Both the position numbers and the translations under genes were made by a program. A stretch of DNA of 64,000 nucleotides from a virus (Duplodnaviria > Heunggongvirae > Uroviricota > Caudoviricetes), in IMG/VR virus record IMGVR_UViG_2724679539_000005, positions 1-64,000 of that record. One strand, written 5' to 3'. The notes under the pieces were generated by a model, which worked only from the letters and a program-made list of their open reading frames with translations, had not been told where the DNA came from and did not search any database. Positions 9,912 through 19,381 of the stretch are shown here, piece after piece; the stretch's first letter is position 1, and the number at the start of each line of letters is the position of its first letter.

Positions 9912-10014
9912 GGTACAGGTCTGTACAGGTGGGGAGAGGTCATTTTTACCCACCTGTACCACCTGCAGGCCGCGCCACACAAGGGTTTGTGACATGGTGG
10001 TACAGGTGGTACAG
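9912..10014. repeat. Iteron cluster 2 (GGTACAGGT / ACCTGTACC units)
   Basis: Several direct and inverted copies of the same motif as cluster 1. Confidence 0.5.
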
Positions 10015-10381
10015 CAAAAACAGCGATTTTCTTTATAAGGTATGTTTTGCTCATCTGGCAGACGGAGGTATTCGCTGCGGTTTGGCACATAGCCCAGAAC
10101 AGCAAAGAGTTTTACGAGACTTTTGTAAAATCCAGTGTACAAGGGCGTGACGTTTTTGAAGGTGAGCACTACGAAATTTTTGTAGTTCAAAAAATAGCCT
10201 CTGAGATGTTGTTATGCCTGTTCAGCAAACCATCCGCATAGCTGATCGCGAATCAAATTACCAATGGAGCCAGAAGCAAGGGAAGAACTGGAAAGCGCCT
10301 GCCGTGAAGAGTAATGCGACTCCATAAATATAGTTTTTAGAGTCCATAAAAAAACTGTCAAAACCTGACATACAGAACGAT

Positions 10382-10412
10382 GCCACCAGCTACTGAACGG
10401 TGGCATTTTTTT
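10382..10412 (+). terminator. Rho-independent terminator
   Basis: GCCACC..GGTGGC hairpin followed by T7 run. Confidence 0.45.
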
Positions 10413-10507
10413 GTGCTATTTGTTTCATATTTTGCAATCACAATGATGAATGTTGCGTTTTATGAAACTATAATGACTGTTGTTTTATACAGTTCTAAGG
10501 GGGCGTT

Positions 10508-10681
10508 ATGGCTATTTCAGTAAAGCCAGTATTGATAAGTGAGAAGCAAATGGAAGCGATAAAGAAAATTCAGGAGGAGCAGCGTAAAAAATCAGAGGTA
10601 GGAGTTGCGCCAACGATCCACGAAATTGCTCGGGGATTAATGGATAAGGCGCTGGCTTACACTTTAACTGGACGTGGGTAA
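10508..10681 (+). CDS. Small protein (57 aa), possibly YlcI/YnfO-like prophage protein
   Basis: ATG with AAGGGGG SD; product MAISVKPVLISEKQMEAIKKIQEEQRKK; not in supplied ORF track (under 60 aa). Confidence 0.35.
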   Translation: MAISVKPVLISEKQMEAIKKIQEEQRKKSEVGVAPTIHEIARGLMDKALAYTLTGRG

Positions 10682-10685
10682 ATTT

Positions 10686-12029
10686 ATGGCTACGTGGCAA
10701 CAGGGTATTAATTCTGGTGGTTTTCTGGCTGGCATCGGTGCGCAAAATGAGAATGCGCCAAAGGCAAGCGACATTAACGCAACGCTTGGTCTGATCCGCG
10801 AAAACAATGAACTGGCTCGCTCAGGTGCAAATAACGTTGCTCTGACAGGTCTTCGTGGTCTGGCTGGAGTTGCTGACATTTATAAGCAGCAGCAACAGCA
10901 GGAACGTAAAGCGGCATTCCAGAAAGGTTATGCAGATGCTTATGCGTCCGGTGACAGGGAGCAGATGCGTAATCTTATTACAGCATTCCCAGAAGAGTTT
11001 GAGGAAGTCCGTAAAGGGATGAGTTATGTCGATGATGCTCAAAGGGATGATTATGGCAATCTGGCGCTCAAAGCACAGGTAGCCTCATCGCTTGGTCAGG
11101 GCGCATTTGGCAGGTTCATGATGGATAATGAGCAGGAGATGCGTCGTTTAGGTATCCCTCCAGAAACTATTGCTGAAATGCAGGTTAATGACCCGCAGGG
11201 CTTCCAGCATTTCGCAGGTAATCTGGCGCTGTTTTCTCTCGGTCATGAGAAGTATTTCGATATCAAAGATCAAATGGAAGGTCGTCGACTTGAGCAAGGG
11301 CGACTGGATGAAAGTATGCGTCAGGCTGACATGGAGAACGCGAGAGGATGGGCAAATATCCAGAACGCTCAACTAGACAGGGCTCAGCGAGCACAAATTC
11401 ACTCAGATGAGATGGGATTGAAGCTAATGGAGCTGGGGCAAAAAGGTAAGCCGTCAGCAGACTTAATTAAGGGATTAAATTCTGACATTACCAATTTTGG
11501 CAAAAATTATAACTCTGTCAGAGCGGCGGCAAACTCTCTGCAAGCCCTTAGCAAGGTAAATACTGGCGCTGCCCAACTTGGGATTATCTTCAACTACATG
11601 AAATCTCTTGACCCGCAGTCAGTCGTTCGTGAAGGCGAACAGGTTCAGGTAATGCGGTCTGATGGCATATGGGGACAAATCAAAGGATACATAGACCAGC
11701 TTAATGCTGGAAACGGCCTGTCGCAGGAGGCAAAGGATAACATTGTTAACGCCGCAAAAATCAACGCCAATGCTATGGGGCAGCAGTTTAACCAGCAGGT
11801 TGACGAGTATCTCGATACATATGGAGAAACTATTCCTCAGGGGCTAAGAAAAAGCCTTGAAAGAAGGAAAGCGAAGCTATTTGACGATGTTTCCGGGCAG
11901 CCTACATCACAGGCTGGCACTGGACAGGCAAAAGCGGCAACCGGAGGAATATCAGAAGGCGCAACGGCAACCAACCCTAAAACTGGTCAGAAAATCATTT
12001 ACAGGAACGGAAAATGGCAGCAAATGTAA
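10686..12029 (+). CDS. Hypothetical protein (about 450 aa), Gln/Ala/Asn-rich
   Basis: Long ORF; alternative GTG start at 10674. Confidence 0.6.
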   Translation: MATWQQGINSGGFLAGIGAQNENAPKASDINATLGLIRENNELARSGANNVALTGLRGLAGVADIYKQQQQQERKAAFQKGYADAYASGDREQMRNLITAFPEEFEEVRKGMSYVDDAQRDDYGNLALKAQVASSLGQGAFGRFMMDNEQEMRRLGIPPETIAEMQVNDPQGFQHFAGNLALFSLGHEKYFDIKDQMEGRRLEQGRLDESMRQADMENARGWANIQNAQLDRAQRAQIHSDEMGLKLMELGQKGKPSADLIKGLNSDITNFGKNYNSVRAAANSLQALSKVNTGAAQLGIIFNYMKSLDPQSVVREGEQVQVMRSDGIWGQIKGYIDQLNAGNGLSQEAKDNIVNAAKINANAMGQQFNQQVDEYLDTYGETIPQGLRKSLERRKAKLFDDVSGQPTSQAGTGQAKAATGGISEGATATNPKTGQKIIYRNGKWQQM

Positions 12030-14131
12030 TCTTACCGGAAGGTTTTGTGCTCGATGAACAACCTGATAACTCACAGTTTCCTGATAGTTCACAGCTTCCT
12101 GATGGTTTTGTGCTTGATGCCCAACCAGAACAGCAGCAATCACCTTTGGTTTCACCAGAGGAAAATTCCAGACAGGAAAATGTTGTTAATAATGCTAACG
12201 GTTTCGACCGTTTTATGTATGGCGTTCTCAGTGGATTGATGGATGTTGGTAAAGGTGTTGGCCTGTTTCAGGATATGACACCAGAAGAGCAAGCCGCAAT
12301 TCAGTCTCTACAGCAGAAGTTAGCGGCAAAACCATCAACCGCACAAGATGTTGGTGAGTTCGTTGGACAAGCAGCGCCATTTGTTAGTGGTGGTGGGATT
12401 ATTTCTCAGGTTCCCAAAGGGGCGGCAAGACTGGCTGCCGCCGCAGGGCTTGGTGCTGGAGAAGGGGCTATTGTAGCCAATGGAACAAATAGCGATGTTG
12501 CTTCCGGCGCTGCTATTGGCGCTGTGGCTGGCCCTGTAGCCGAACTTGCTGGCCCTGCAATTAATAAAATAGCTGGGAAATTAACCAAGAAGAATGTTTC
12601 TTCGATTCCAGATATTGAGGGGATTACTCCTGCCGAAGAGAAAATTCGTAAGTTATCTGCACAAGGCAACCCAAATCTTGCCTCTTCGCTTGAAGGGCTA
12701 GATCTAAAACCTCAGAAAGAAATTGTTGAGGCTGCAAATAGGCTTCATGTTGATTCAGTTCTTCCTTCTCATTTATCAGGAAATGAGCAATACCAAGCTG
12801 TAGAGCAAGCCCTAAAGTCACGGACAGGATCAGCGTTAAAAGCTCAAGAAGATAAAGCAATAAGCGAATTAGCCTCTAGTGCTGGCAAGATAATCGATGA
12901 TGTTGCTGGTGCGCCAGATGCGTTAGCTATGAGCGAAAAATATATTTATCAGATAAATAGTAGAATGGAAGCACTAAAAAACCGTAGTGATCAGTTATAT
13001 AAACGTGTTGATTCCGCTCTATCACCAAGAACAAAAGTCGAAGCAAATAACACAAGCACTATGCTGGAAAAAATCGCTGATGATTTAGGAGGGTGGGATA
13101 ATCTTGACCCAATAGAAAAGCGAGTTTTTACAGCAATAAACCCCGGACCAGATAGCATCCTAACGTATGCAAATTTAAACAGGCAAAGGCGTTTAGTTGG
13201 TGATGCCCTAAATAAAAAGCAGGGGCCATACAAAGATGCTGATAAAGAAACGCTATCAAGACTATATGGAGCTTTAGCTGAAGACCAAAAATCTGTCTTA
13301 TCCAATACTGGATACTTGCGAGATTTCGAAGTCGCACAACGCCTTGTAGCTATGAGAAAAAACTTAGAAAGGCAAATGGTAAATCTTCGCGGGAAAACAC
13401 TTAATGGGGATATAGCGTATAAAGTAACGAATTCTCTTCAATCTATGGCAAAAGGTGATGCGAGAGGGTTTCGTGAGATTATGCAAAATACTCCATCAAG
13501 AACATTGCGAAGGGAGCTAGTAGGAACAGCATTAAGAGATATGCTTTCCTCTGGGAAGCGTGGGGCCGACTTTAATCCATCTGGCTTTGCAGATTGGTGG
13601 CAAAACTTGCAACACAGTGGACAGCTAAAGACTTTGGCTGAACATTTGCCAAAAGAAACAATGAGCGGACTATATGATGTATACAAAGTTGCCAGAGCAA
13701 TAAAAAATGCTAAAGCGCATGAAATATCTACTGGTAAGCTGAATGAGTTTGTAAACAGATTTAATCGGGTAACAGCTCCATACGAACTAGCAGCAAAACA
13801 CATTCAAAAAATAGGCACGATGGTAGGCGCTCATTTTGGATCGCTTGGAGCCATTGCTGGGGCTGATATTGGAGCAAGATTGGCGAGTAAAGCTCGATTA
13901 GCTGGTGGAGCAGGGGCGGCTGATGCTGCGGATAAATTAATTGCCTCGCCAGCCTTCCAGAGCGCAGTAAAAAATCTACACGGAAAAGCGCCTGGGCACA
14001 TTGTTGATTCACGTATCAGGCGCTCCCCTCAATGGAAGAGTTTTTTTAACTCTCTTCCTGAACAGGAAAAACGGACCATCGCCAGACTGGGCATCATTAC
14101 TTGGCTATCTAATGATCCAGATAATGACTAG
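12014..14131 (+). CDS. Hypothetical protein (705 aa) with Ala/Gly-rich segments
   Basis: Start overlaps end of upstream gene (coupling). Confidence 0.65.
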   Translation: MAANVILPEGFVLDEQPDNSQFPDSSQLPDGFVLDAQPEQQQSPLVSPEENSRQENVVNNANGFDRFMYGVLSGLMDVGKGVGLFQDMTPEEQAAIQSLQQKLAAKPSTAQDVGEFVGQAAPFVSGGGIISQVPKGAARLAAAAGLGAGEGAIVANGTNSDVASGAAIGAVAGPVAELAGPAINKIAGKLTKKNVSSIPDIEGITPAEEKIRKLSAQGNPNLASSLEGLDLKPQKEIVEAANRLHVDSVLPSHLSGNEQYQAVEQALKSRTGSALKAQEDKAISELASSAGKIIDDVAGAPDALAMSEKYIYQINSRMEALKNRSDQLYKRVDSALSPRTKVEANNTSTMLEKIADDLGGWDNLDPIEKRVFTAINPGPDSILTYANLNRQRRLVGDALNKKQGPYKDADKETLSRLYGALAEDQKSVLSNTGYLRDFEVAQRLVAMRKNLERQMVNLRGKTLNGDIAYKVTNSLQSMAKGDARGFREIMQNTPSRTLRRELVGTALRDMLSSGKRGADFNPSGFADWWQNLQHSGQLKTLAEHLPKETMSGLYDVYKVARAIKNAKAHEISTGKLNEFVNRFNRVTAPYELAAKHIQKIGTMVGAHFGSLGAIAGADIGARLASKARLAGGAGAADAADKLIASPAFQSAVKNLHGKAPGHIVDSRIRRSPQWKSFFNSLPEQEKRTIARLGIITWLSNDPDND

Positions 14132-14150
14132 TGAATGGCCACGGATGGCC

Positions 14151-14576
14151 TCAATCTTTATTCTTTGAAATAGAGTCATTGATCTTTTCGAAACACCAAT
14201 GAAATCCACAAAAGAGAGCTACACCAATATAACAATACAAAACTATCAACCACCTTTCAGTGTCCGAAGGGTAAAAAACATCAATTACATAAGCAACACC
14301 AATTGGTATTAATGCTAGTAATAACATCGACACAGGACGTACAAACTTCTGAACTATATCAATTTTATAGAACCACAAGGCGGTATGTTTAATGATATAA
14401 GTAAAGATGGCTGCGCCAATAATGGCAAAAAACACCATCGATAAAGTCGGGTATAACTTTGCGACAATTAAACCCAACAAAATAATTATAACTGCCTGCC
14501 CCCTCACACCAACCCTCCCTTTAGCTTTGTTTAGAATGGCAATCATCATATATCCAAGACATGGCATTTGGTACAT
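14151..14576 (-). CDS. Predicted multi-pass membrane protein (about 141 aa from internal Met; ORF extends to 14765)
   Basis: Three hydrophobic helices; convergent with the 705-aa gene. Confidence 0.4.
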   Translation of the reverse strand: MYQMPCLGYMMIAILNKAKGRVGVRGQAVIIILLGLIVAKLYPTLSMVFFAIIGAAIFTYIIKHTALWFYKIDIVQKFVRPVSMLLLALIPIGVAYVIDVFYPSDTERWLIVLYCYIGVALFCGFHWCFEKINDSISKNKD

Positions 14577-14699
14577 AGCTTGGGTCGGGATTTCAAATCC
14601 GCCCCCGTTGATGGGGTCGTTACAGTACGCGCATATCCGCTTTATGTGAAACAGGAAGATTTTTCTGATATCACTGCCACAGCAAAACACCAATTTCGT

Positions 14700-14715
14700 G
14701 ACCAGTACGCGCGCG
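14700..14715. repeat. 16-bp motif GACMAGTACGCRCRCG, copy 1 (others at 14753, 14984, 17701)
   Basis: Four near-identical copies within 3 kb; copies 1 and 2 flank the palindrome CAGTTGCAAAATTTTTTGCAACTG. Confidence 0.5.
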
Positions 14716-15338
14716 AGGGGTATCAGTTGCAAAATTTTTTGCAACTGCGTCCGACCAGTACGCACACGATGGCGGGGGATACCATGAAACTGTTCTCTAC
14801 ACGAGACAGAGTGGTGGTGATGTGTTGATTATCGGCGTATATGCGCACAGGACGCGCTATGACGATGTTTTATGCGGGTACACCAATCACATGTATCTGG
14901 TGTGATAAATCGCGTTACATGACCTCTCATGTTGTGCTGGTGGTTATCACGACGTTCTGAATCTGGCTTTTGTCTGATATTTTGCGACAAGTACGCGCGC
15001 GTAACATCGAAATTATCGGATGGCGTATGTTGCTGGCAAGATAAAGTCGGCGTAATACAAAGGCGTTACTTGATAGCAGCAAGATTACAACAATGGTTGT
15101 TGAATTTGAGCGATGTAAGGAATTGATTTAGGGAGGCGCTGATGGCTAAAAAGTTCCACTACCAGCGGATGAATGCGCCAGCGATGGCCGTTTGGTAGTA
15201 AAAGAGGAGCCATTCCTCAATCAGTTGAATACATTATGCCAACTAAATGGGTGGGGGCACTGTGTGGGTATTCAGCGGTGACGGTATTTTTTAAGCCAAG
15301 GACTATCCGTAGCAGGGGGACTCATTTTGAAATATTTA

Positions 15339-15776
15339 TCATATGTAACTTATTATTTTAGATAAAGATTTCCAGTTAAAGAAAAAAGTTATCATTGATA
15401 TAATCAAATATGCCCCTGCGAGTAGCAGGGCATAATAATCCAGAGGCAGATTGCTGACAACAGGGGCAAACATCGAGATCATTGCTAATAGGCAGGCTGT
15501 GATCAGCGTAGTTCCTGTATCAAAAAGCCCCTCAATAATGCCTTTTAGTACTCCGTTACTTTTTAGAGCGCCTACAATTCCCTTTGAACTATCAAAGCTA
15601 CTTAGCATGGTGACTGATGCCAAAACAAAACCAAAGAGAACTCCAGAAATAGTTGAAAGAGCACCAGCAGCCGAAATGACAGCATTGTGATCTAGGTCGT
15701 GTAAAAAATGGGCACCAGCAATAGCCATAGCTAGAGCAAACAATGACTTGGCAGCAAACAATTTCCGAGAACTCAT
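15339..15776 (-). CDS. Small membrane protein (145 aa, four predicted TM helices)
   Basis: AGGAA SD 12 nt after upstream stop; hydrophobic segments throughout. Confidence 0.6.
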   Translation of the reverse strand: MSSRKLFAAKSLFALAMAIAGAHFLHDLDHNAVISAAGALSTISGVLFGFVLASVTMLSSFDSSKGIVGALKSNGVLKGIIEGLFDTGTTLITACLLAMISMFAPVVSNLPLDYYALLLAGAYLIISMITFFFNWKSLSKIISYI

Positions 15777-15788
15777 AATGTATTCCTG

Positions 15789-16874
15789 TTACGTTTGACT
15801 AACCAAATAGTACTGGGTTAGATACCTAAGGTTGTCATTCTTTGCTTGTAGCATAGCATTTTTAACGTCAGTATCGGTCGGATACCCATCTGCTTGGATA
15901 GGCACCATCTTCTTTACCGTAAGAACTTCGTCTACAAGACTTTTCTTCTTTTTATCGCCCTGAGCAACAACATTTGCTTTCTCAAAAGTTAAACGACCAT
16001 CACCACCAGGGAACTTTTCTAGCATCTCCTTAAGGCTTTTTTTAACGTCATCCTCAAGCCATCCCTTTGCTTTTCTTTTTAATGGAGAATGTCCGCGTAA
16101 CGAAATAGTCAGGTGGCTTGAACTGGTGCCTCTGATCATCTCAATCATCTGATTCGCGAACATTCCATCGAGTTGATACTGTGCGGCATTGAAGTTTCTT
16201 GGGATGGCCACAGAAATCTCGCAGCTTCTTAGATTGGATCCAGTTTCGAGTAGTTCTTTGATGCTTTCTTCTTTCCAAATGGCTTCAAAAGAAACAGGGA
16301 CTCCGCGATCACTGGAGTTGAAAAGAAGGAAGGCTAAGTCACTATGGCGTGGACCTAAATGATTTAAAGACAATACTAGAATGTCTGTCTGAGGATAATA
16401 AATAAAGTATGTACGTTCTGAAAGAGTCTTTGCCCCGGCTAGAGGGATTTTCTCTTCCACCCACTCTTTATCTGTAATATATGCCAGTGTTGCGCTTTTT
16501 CTTCTTCGAGACATGAATCCGAAGTAGGAGCCATCCTCGGGTGAGATGTCTAGAAAATGAATTTTAAGTTCTCTTTCACCAAAGTCTGCATAGTGGGTCA
16601 TCTTGAAGTCTTTAGAACACCGATCATACAGATTTTTAAAGGCCTCTGCGGTTAACCCCTTGTTACTAGTGCGAATATTCTCAGAGCTTGTGTAAAAGCC
16701 CACCCTTACAGATTTCAAACTTTGATCTTTTGGTGCCACAGTCATTTGAGCTCCATTGTACTCTGCGATAGTTTTTGCACACCTTGAAATCAAAATCTCC
16801 ATGTCAGTCACGAGAAAATAACTATGGATGAAACCCATCAAAGGCATTGAATACAGGTGGCTTTTGAGAATCAT
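15789..16874 (-). CDS. Hypothetical protein (361 aa), first gene of two-gene AT-rich operon
   Basis: Long AT-rich ORF, no recognisable motif. Confidence 0.65.
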   Translation of the reverse strand: MILKSHLYSMPLMGFIHSYFLVTDMEILISRCAKTIAEYNGAQMTVAPKDQSLKSVRVGFYTSSENIRTSNKGLTAEAFKNLYDRCSKDFKMTHYADFGERELKIHFLDISPEDGSYFGFMSRRRKSATLAYITDKEWVEEKIPLAGAKTLSERTYFIYYPQTDILVLSLNHLGPRHSDLAFLLFNSSDRGVPVSFEAIWKEESIKELLETGSNLRSCEISVAIPRNFNAAQYQLDGMFANQMIEMIRGTSSSHLTISLRGHSPLKRKAKGWLEDDVKKSLKEMLEKFPGGDGRLTFEKANVVAQGDKKKKSLVDEVLTVKKMVPIQADGYPTDTDVKNAMLQAKNDNLRYLTQYYLVSQT

Positions 16875-17225
16875 CCTAACCTGGTGACGGTGGTTCGCAT
16901 ATCCTGATGGATGATCAGTGATTAATCAATGCGCCAAGCAGATGTGTCTATGTGTTTGTTAATCATTGCATGACAGTAGATCGACATGGGAGATCACGTT
17001 ATATAGTTGAATTGTTAGGATATCCATGCACCGATCAACTGACTAGGCTGATGTGCTTTTTAGCAGGTGCCATATAGTAGTTAGGCGGTTCTGTGAAATG
17101 ATTACTGTTCCAGCATAACTGCGGCATAAAGCGGTGCTATATAAGCTATTTGCTGGCGGATTTAGTCTTCACCGTTAATATATGTAGTGACTATTTGACA
17201 GAGTGTTAGTTCACGGACACTTTTT

Positions 17226-17335
17226 GTTGGTTCAAAATGAGTTGATGTTGGTTCAATATTTTAGAAAAAACACAATAAAAACAACGCTCTTTACAAATTG
17301 AACCAACTGAACCAACTGAACCAACTGAACCAACA
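17226..17335. repeat. GAACCAAC repeat array: two inverted copies plus four tandem 9-bp copies (GAACCAACT)
   Basis: Tandem array at 17300-17335 and GTTGGTTC copies at 17226 and 17247, upstream of the PerC-like gene. Confidence 0.6.
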
Positions 17336-17370
17336 CCTTTTTGCTTATCTATATAATCTGAGAGGCAGAA

Positions 17371-17652
17371 ATGATAAGGGACAGGAAAGCTGAAGAGCTG
17401 GAGTCAAAAGGGCTATACCGGAGAGCTGCCGCACGATGGATGGAAGTCATGCTGTTATGCACCGAGGACGATGATCGGGAATGGATAAAGCGCCGCCGTG
17501 AAACGTGTCTGGAGAACGTGAAGCGCCCGCCCGTGAAGGTTGAGGAATTTGGCGACCTGCATAAAGCTGTTACCGAAACGCAACACCGCATGGGGATAGC
17601 GCAACCGAACGGTAACGCCTTCCGGTTAAATGGCGGCAAGAGGCAAAGGTAG
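17371..17652 (+). CDS. PerC-family transcriptional activator-like protein
   Basis: 93 aa with LESKGLYRRAAARWMEVM motif resembling PerC/Pch. Confidence 0.55.
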   Translation: MIRDRKAEELESKGLYRRAAARWMEVMLLCTEDDDREWIKRRRETCLENVKRPPVKVEEFGDLHKAVTETQHRMGIAQPNGNAFRLNGGKRQR

Positions 17653-17949
17653 ACCACCAGAGGGAAATCATCCTCTGGCTGGCGGTTTCTGGTATTTCGG
17701 GACAAGTACGCGCACGCGTAGCACCCAATCGGTGAGGAAATAGCGGCGACCTGAATGGTCAAAATCACAACGCAGCTATCCCCGTAAGCATCGCTTAACG
17801 GAATAGCAGTAACCTGAATCCAGTGGGGAGGGGGTAGTCAAATCTCTACAGGCCTGACTATCCGGGACTGCCCGCCCCATCGTTTTTTTATACCCGCGAA
17901 AAATGAAATTTAATCCGGGCGTGTTTCATCCTTCCAGAGGGTATGACGT

Positions 17950-18135
17950 ATGGCACCACGCGAAATAGCCTTATTGACCATCGCCAAACTTGAGCACGGA
18001 GGCCACCAGCTTACACAGGCAGATCAACGGGAGATAGAACGATCAGTTAATGCCGATATAGCCCGGCGCGACAGGTTCCGCGAAATGATGCGAGCACCTG
18101 CCTACCAGTGGAAGAAGCCAGCGCCGCGCAGGTAG
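17950..18135 (+). CDS. Hypothetical small protein
   Basis: 61-aa ORF. Confidence 0.3.
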   Translation: MAPREIALLTIAKLEHGGHQLTQADQREIERSVNADIARRDRFREMMRAPAYQWKKPAPRR

Positions 18136-18255
18136 ATATGGGATTATTCCACATGTAACTTATGCGTATTAAGCAAATTTCCTTTATTCACCTTTACAGA
18201 ATTGTGAGTACGTCAGTATCGTTATCCTTCCGATTCGCATTTATTCAGGATTTGC

Positions 18256-18798
18256 ATGTACCAGCTAAAGATAACCATCCGAGACAGCAAACCACCTATA
18301 TGGCGGCGTGTGCTGGTTCCAGAGCAAATCCCCTTTAGTAAACTTCATGCCGTGATCCAGTTAGCTTTTGGCTGGAATGACGAACACCTGTATATGTTCG
18401 AGAAAGGGCGTAAAGGTGATCCAGGTAGCGAGTATCGCGTATGGGGTGAGGATGAAAGCATGGGTAACGCGGCAATCACGCCACTATGGGCGGCGCTCCA
18501 GAATGAGGGTGACAAGCTGGTTTACACGTATGACTTTGGCGACTGGTGGGATTGCGTCATTGTGCTGGAGAAGCAAACACACGATACGAGTAATCAGCCC
18601 ATTAGCTGCCTGCGTGGGAAAGGCACCACCCCGGCGGAAAACTCAGGCGGCTTGCATGGTTACAATGAATTGCTATTACAGGCCAGAGAGTCTGATAATC
18701 CTGAGCAGGCCGAGATCCACAATTTCCTGATGCTGGATATTGAACGCCGGGTTTACGACCTGAGCCGCATCAACGACAGATTGCAGGCTATTAACTGA
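18256..18798 (+). CDS. pRiA4b ORF-3-like family protein
   Basis: YDFGDWWDCVIVLEK motif and N-terminal pattern recalled for this family. Confidence 0.45.
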   Translation: MYQLKITIRDSKPPIWRRVLVPEQIPFSKLHAVIQLAFGWNDEHLYMFEKGRKGDPGSEYRVWGEDESMGNAAITPLWAALQNEGDKLVYTYDFGDWWDCVIVLEKQTHDTSNQPISCLRGKGTTPAENSGGLHGYNELLLQARESDNPEQAEIHNFLMLDIERRVYDLSRINDRLQAIN

Positions 18799-19150
18799 CC
18801 CGCATGTATTCACCTGATATTGCGTTATCAGCGCCGCCAGTATCGCGCATAACAGCACAATGACCGGGTAAACCGTAACGCACGACCGTTGCGTTAGTCT
18901 CACCGCCGCGCCGTATCTGGCGCGATTCATACACTGTCACCCGCTCAAGCAGTCCACCAGCAACCATGCTTTCCAGTGTGCGCCGGGTTGATTCGAGCTG
19001 GTGACGCTTATCGAACGACACCATGCCATGAAGCAGGTAGGCCACACCCGACACATCGAACGGCGGCGCACCAATCTCACCAGTCACCCATTCGAGGTTA
19101 TCCGGTTCAAAGTAGCTAAGTATCTCTTTTTTGCGGCTGGTCATTCTCAT
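18791..19150 (-). CDS. Hypothetical protein
   Basis: 119-aa ORF. Confidence 0.35.
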   Translation of the reverse strand: MRMTSRKKEILSYFEPDNLEWVTGEIGAPPFDVSGVAYLLHGMVSFDKRHQLESTRRTLESMVAGGLLERVTVYESRQIRRGGETNATVVRYGLPGHCAVMRDTGGADNAISGEYMRVS

Positions 19151-19362
19151 GGCTGGCTGATTCCTTATTGTGGGATAGCACTATCATACAATAAGTGGGT
19201 TAAAGGGAGAGCGTTACCGCCTGATATGCTGTATGAATAACAACCAAATTTCAGGGGCGGAAAAAGATATGGGGGTACTTTTGGGGGTATCTATAAAAAA
19301 TGAACAATAAAAAAGGCAACAAAAACAAAGCTTATCGCCTATGTGTATTGTTCCTATTATCG

Positions 19363-19379
19363 CACCATCTAAATCAATA
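19363..19379 (+). repeat. attL core: 17-bp direct repeat CCTATTATCGCACCATC
   Basis: Identical 17-mer at 61139-61155; an AATCAATAA block follows both copies; 2 bp upstream of int stop. Confidence 0.7.
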
Positions 19380-19381
19380 AG

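Larger units (their letters stand above)
1..19362. mobile_element. P4/CP4-57-like integrative element (satellite-type); left end and att lie beyond the window
   Basis: P4-family integrase, AlpA, CI/C4-like RNA and alpha-type primase co-oriented, followed by AT-rich cargo; right boundary inferred from the 17-bp core repeat at 19363. Confidence 0.65.

Noticed and set aside
17300-17335. Possible CRISPR or coding repeat
   Set aside because: Four contiguous 9-bp units with no spacers, in a promoter-like AT-rich intergenic region; treated as a binding-site array.
1-19362. Classifying the left element as a true P4 satellite with capsid-remodelling genes
   Set aside because: No Sid, Delta/Ogr or Psu homologues were recognised; only int, AlpA, CI-like RNA and alpha primase fit, so it is described as a P4/CP4-57-like integrative element.
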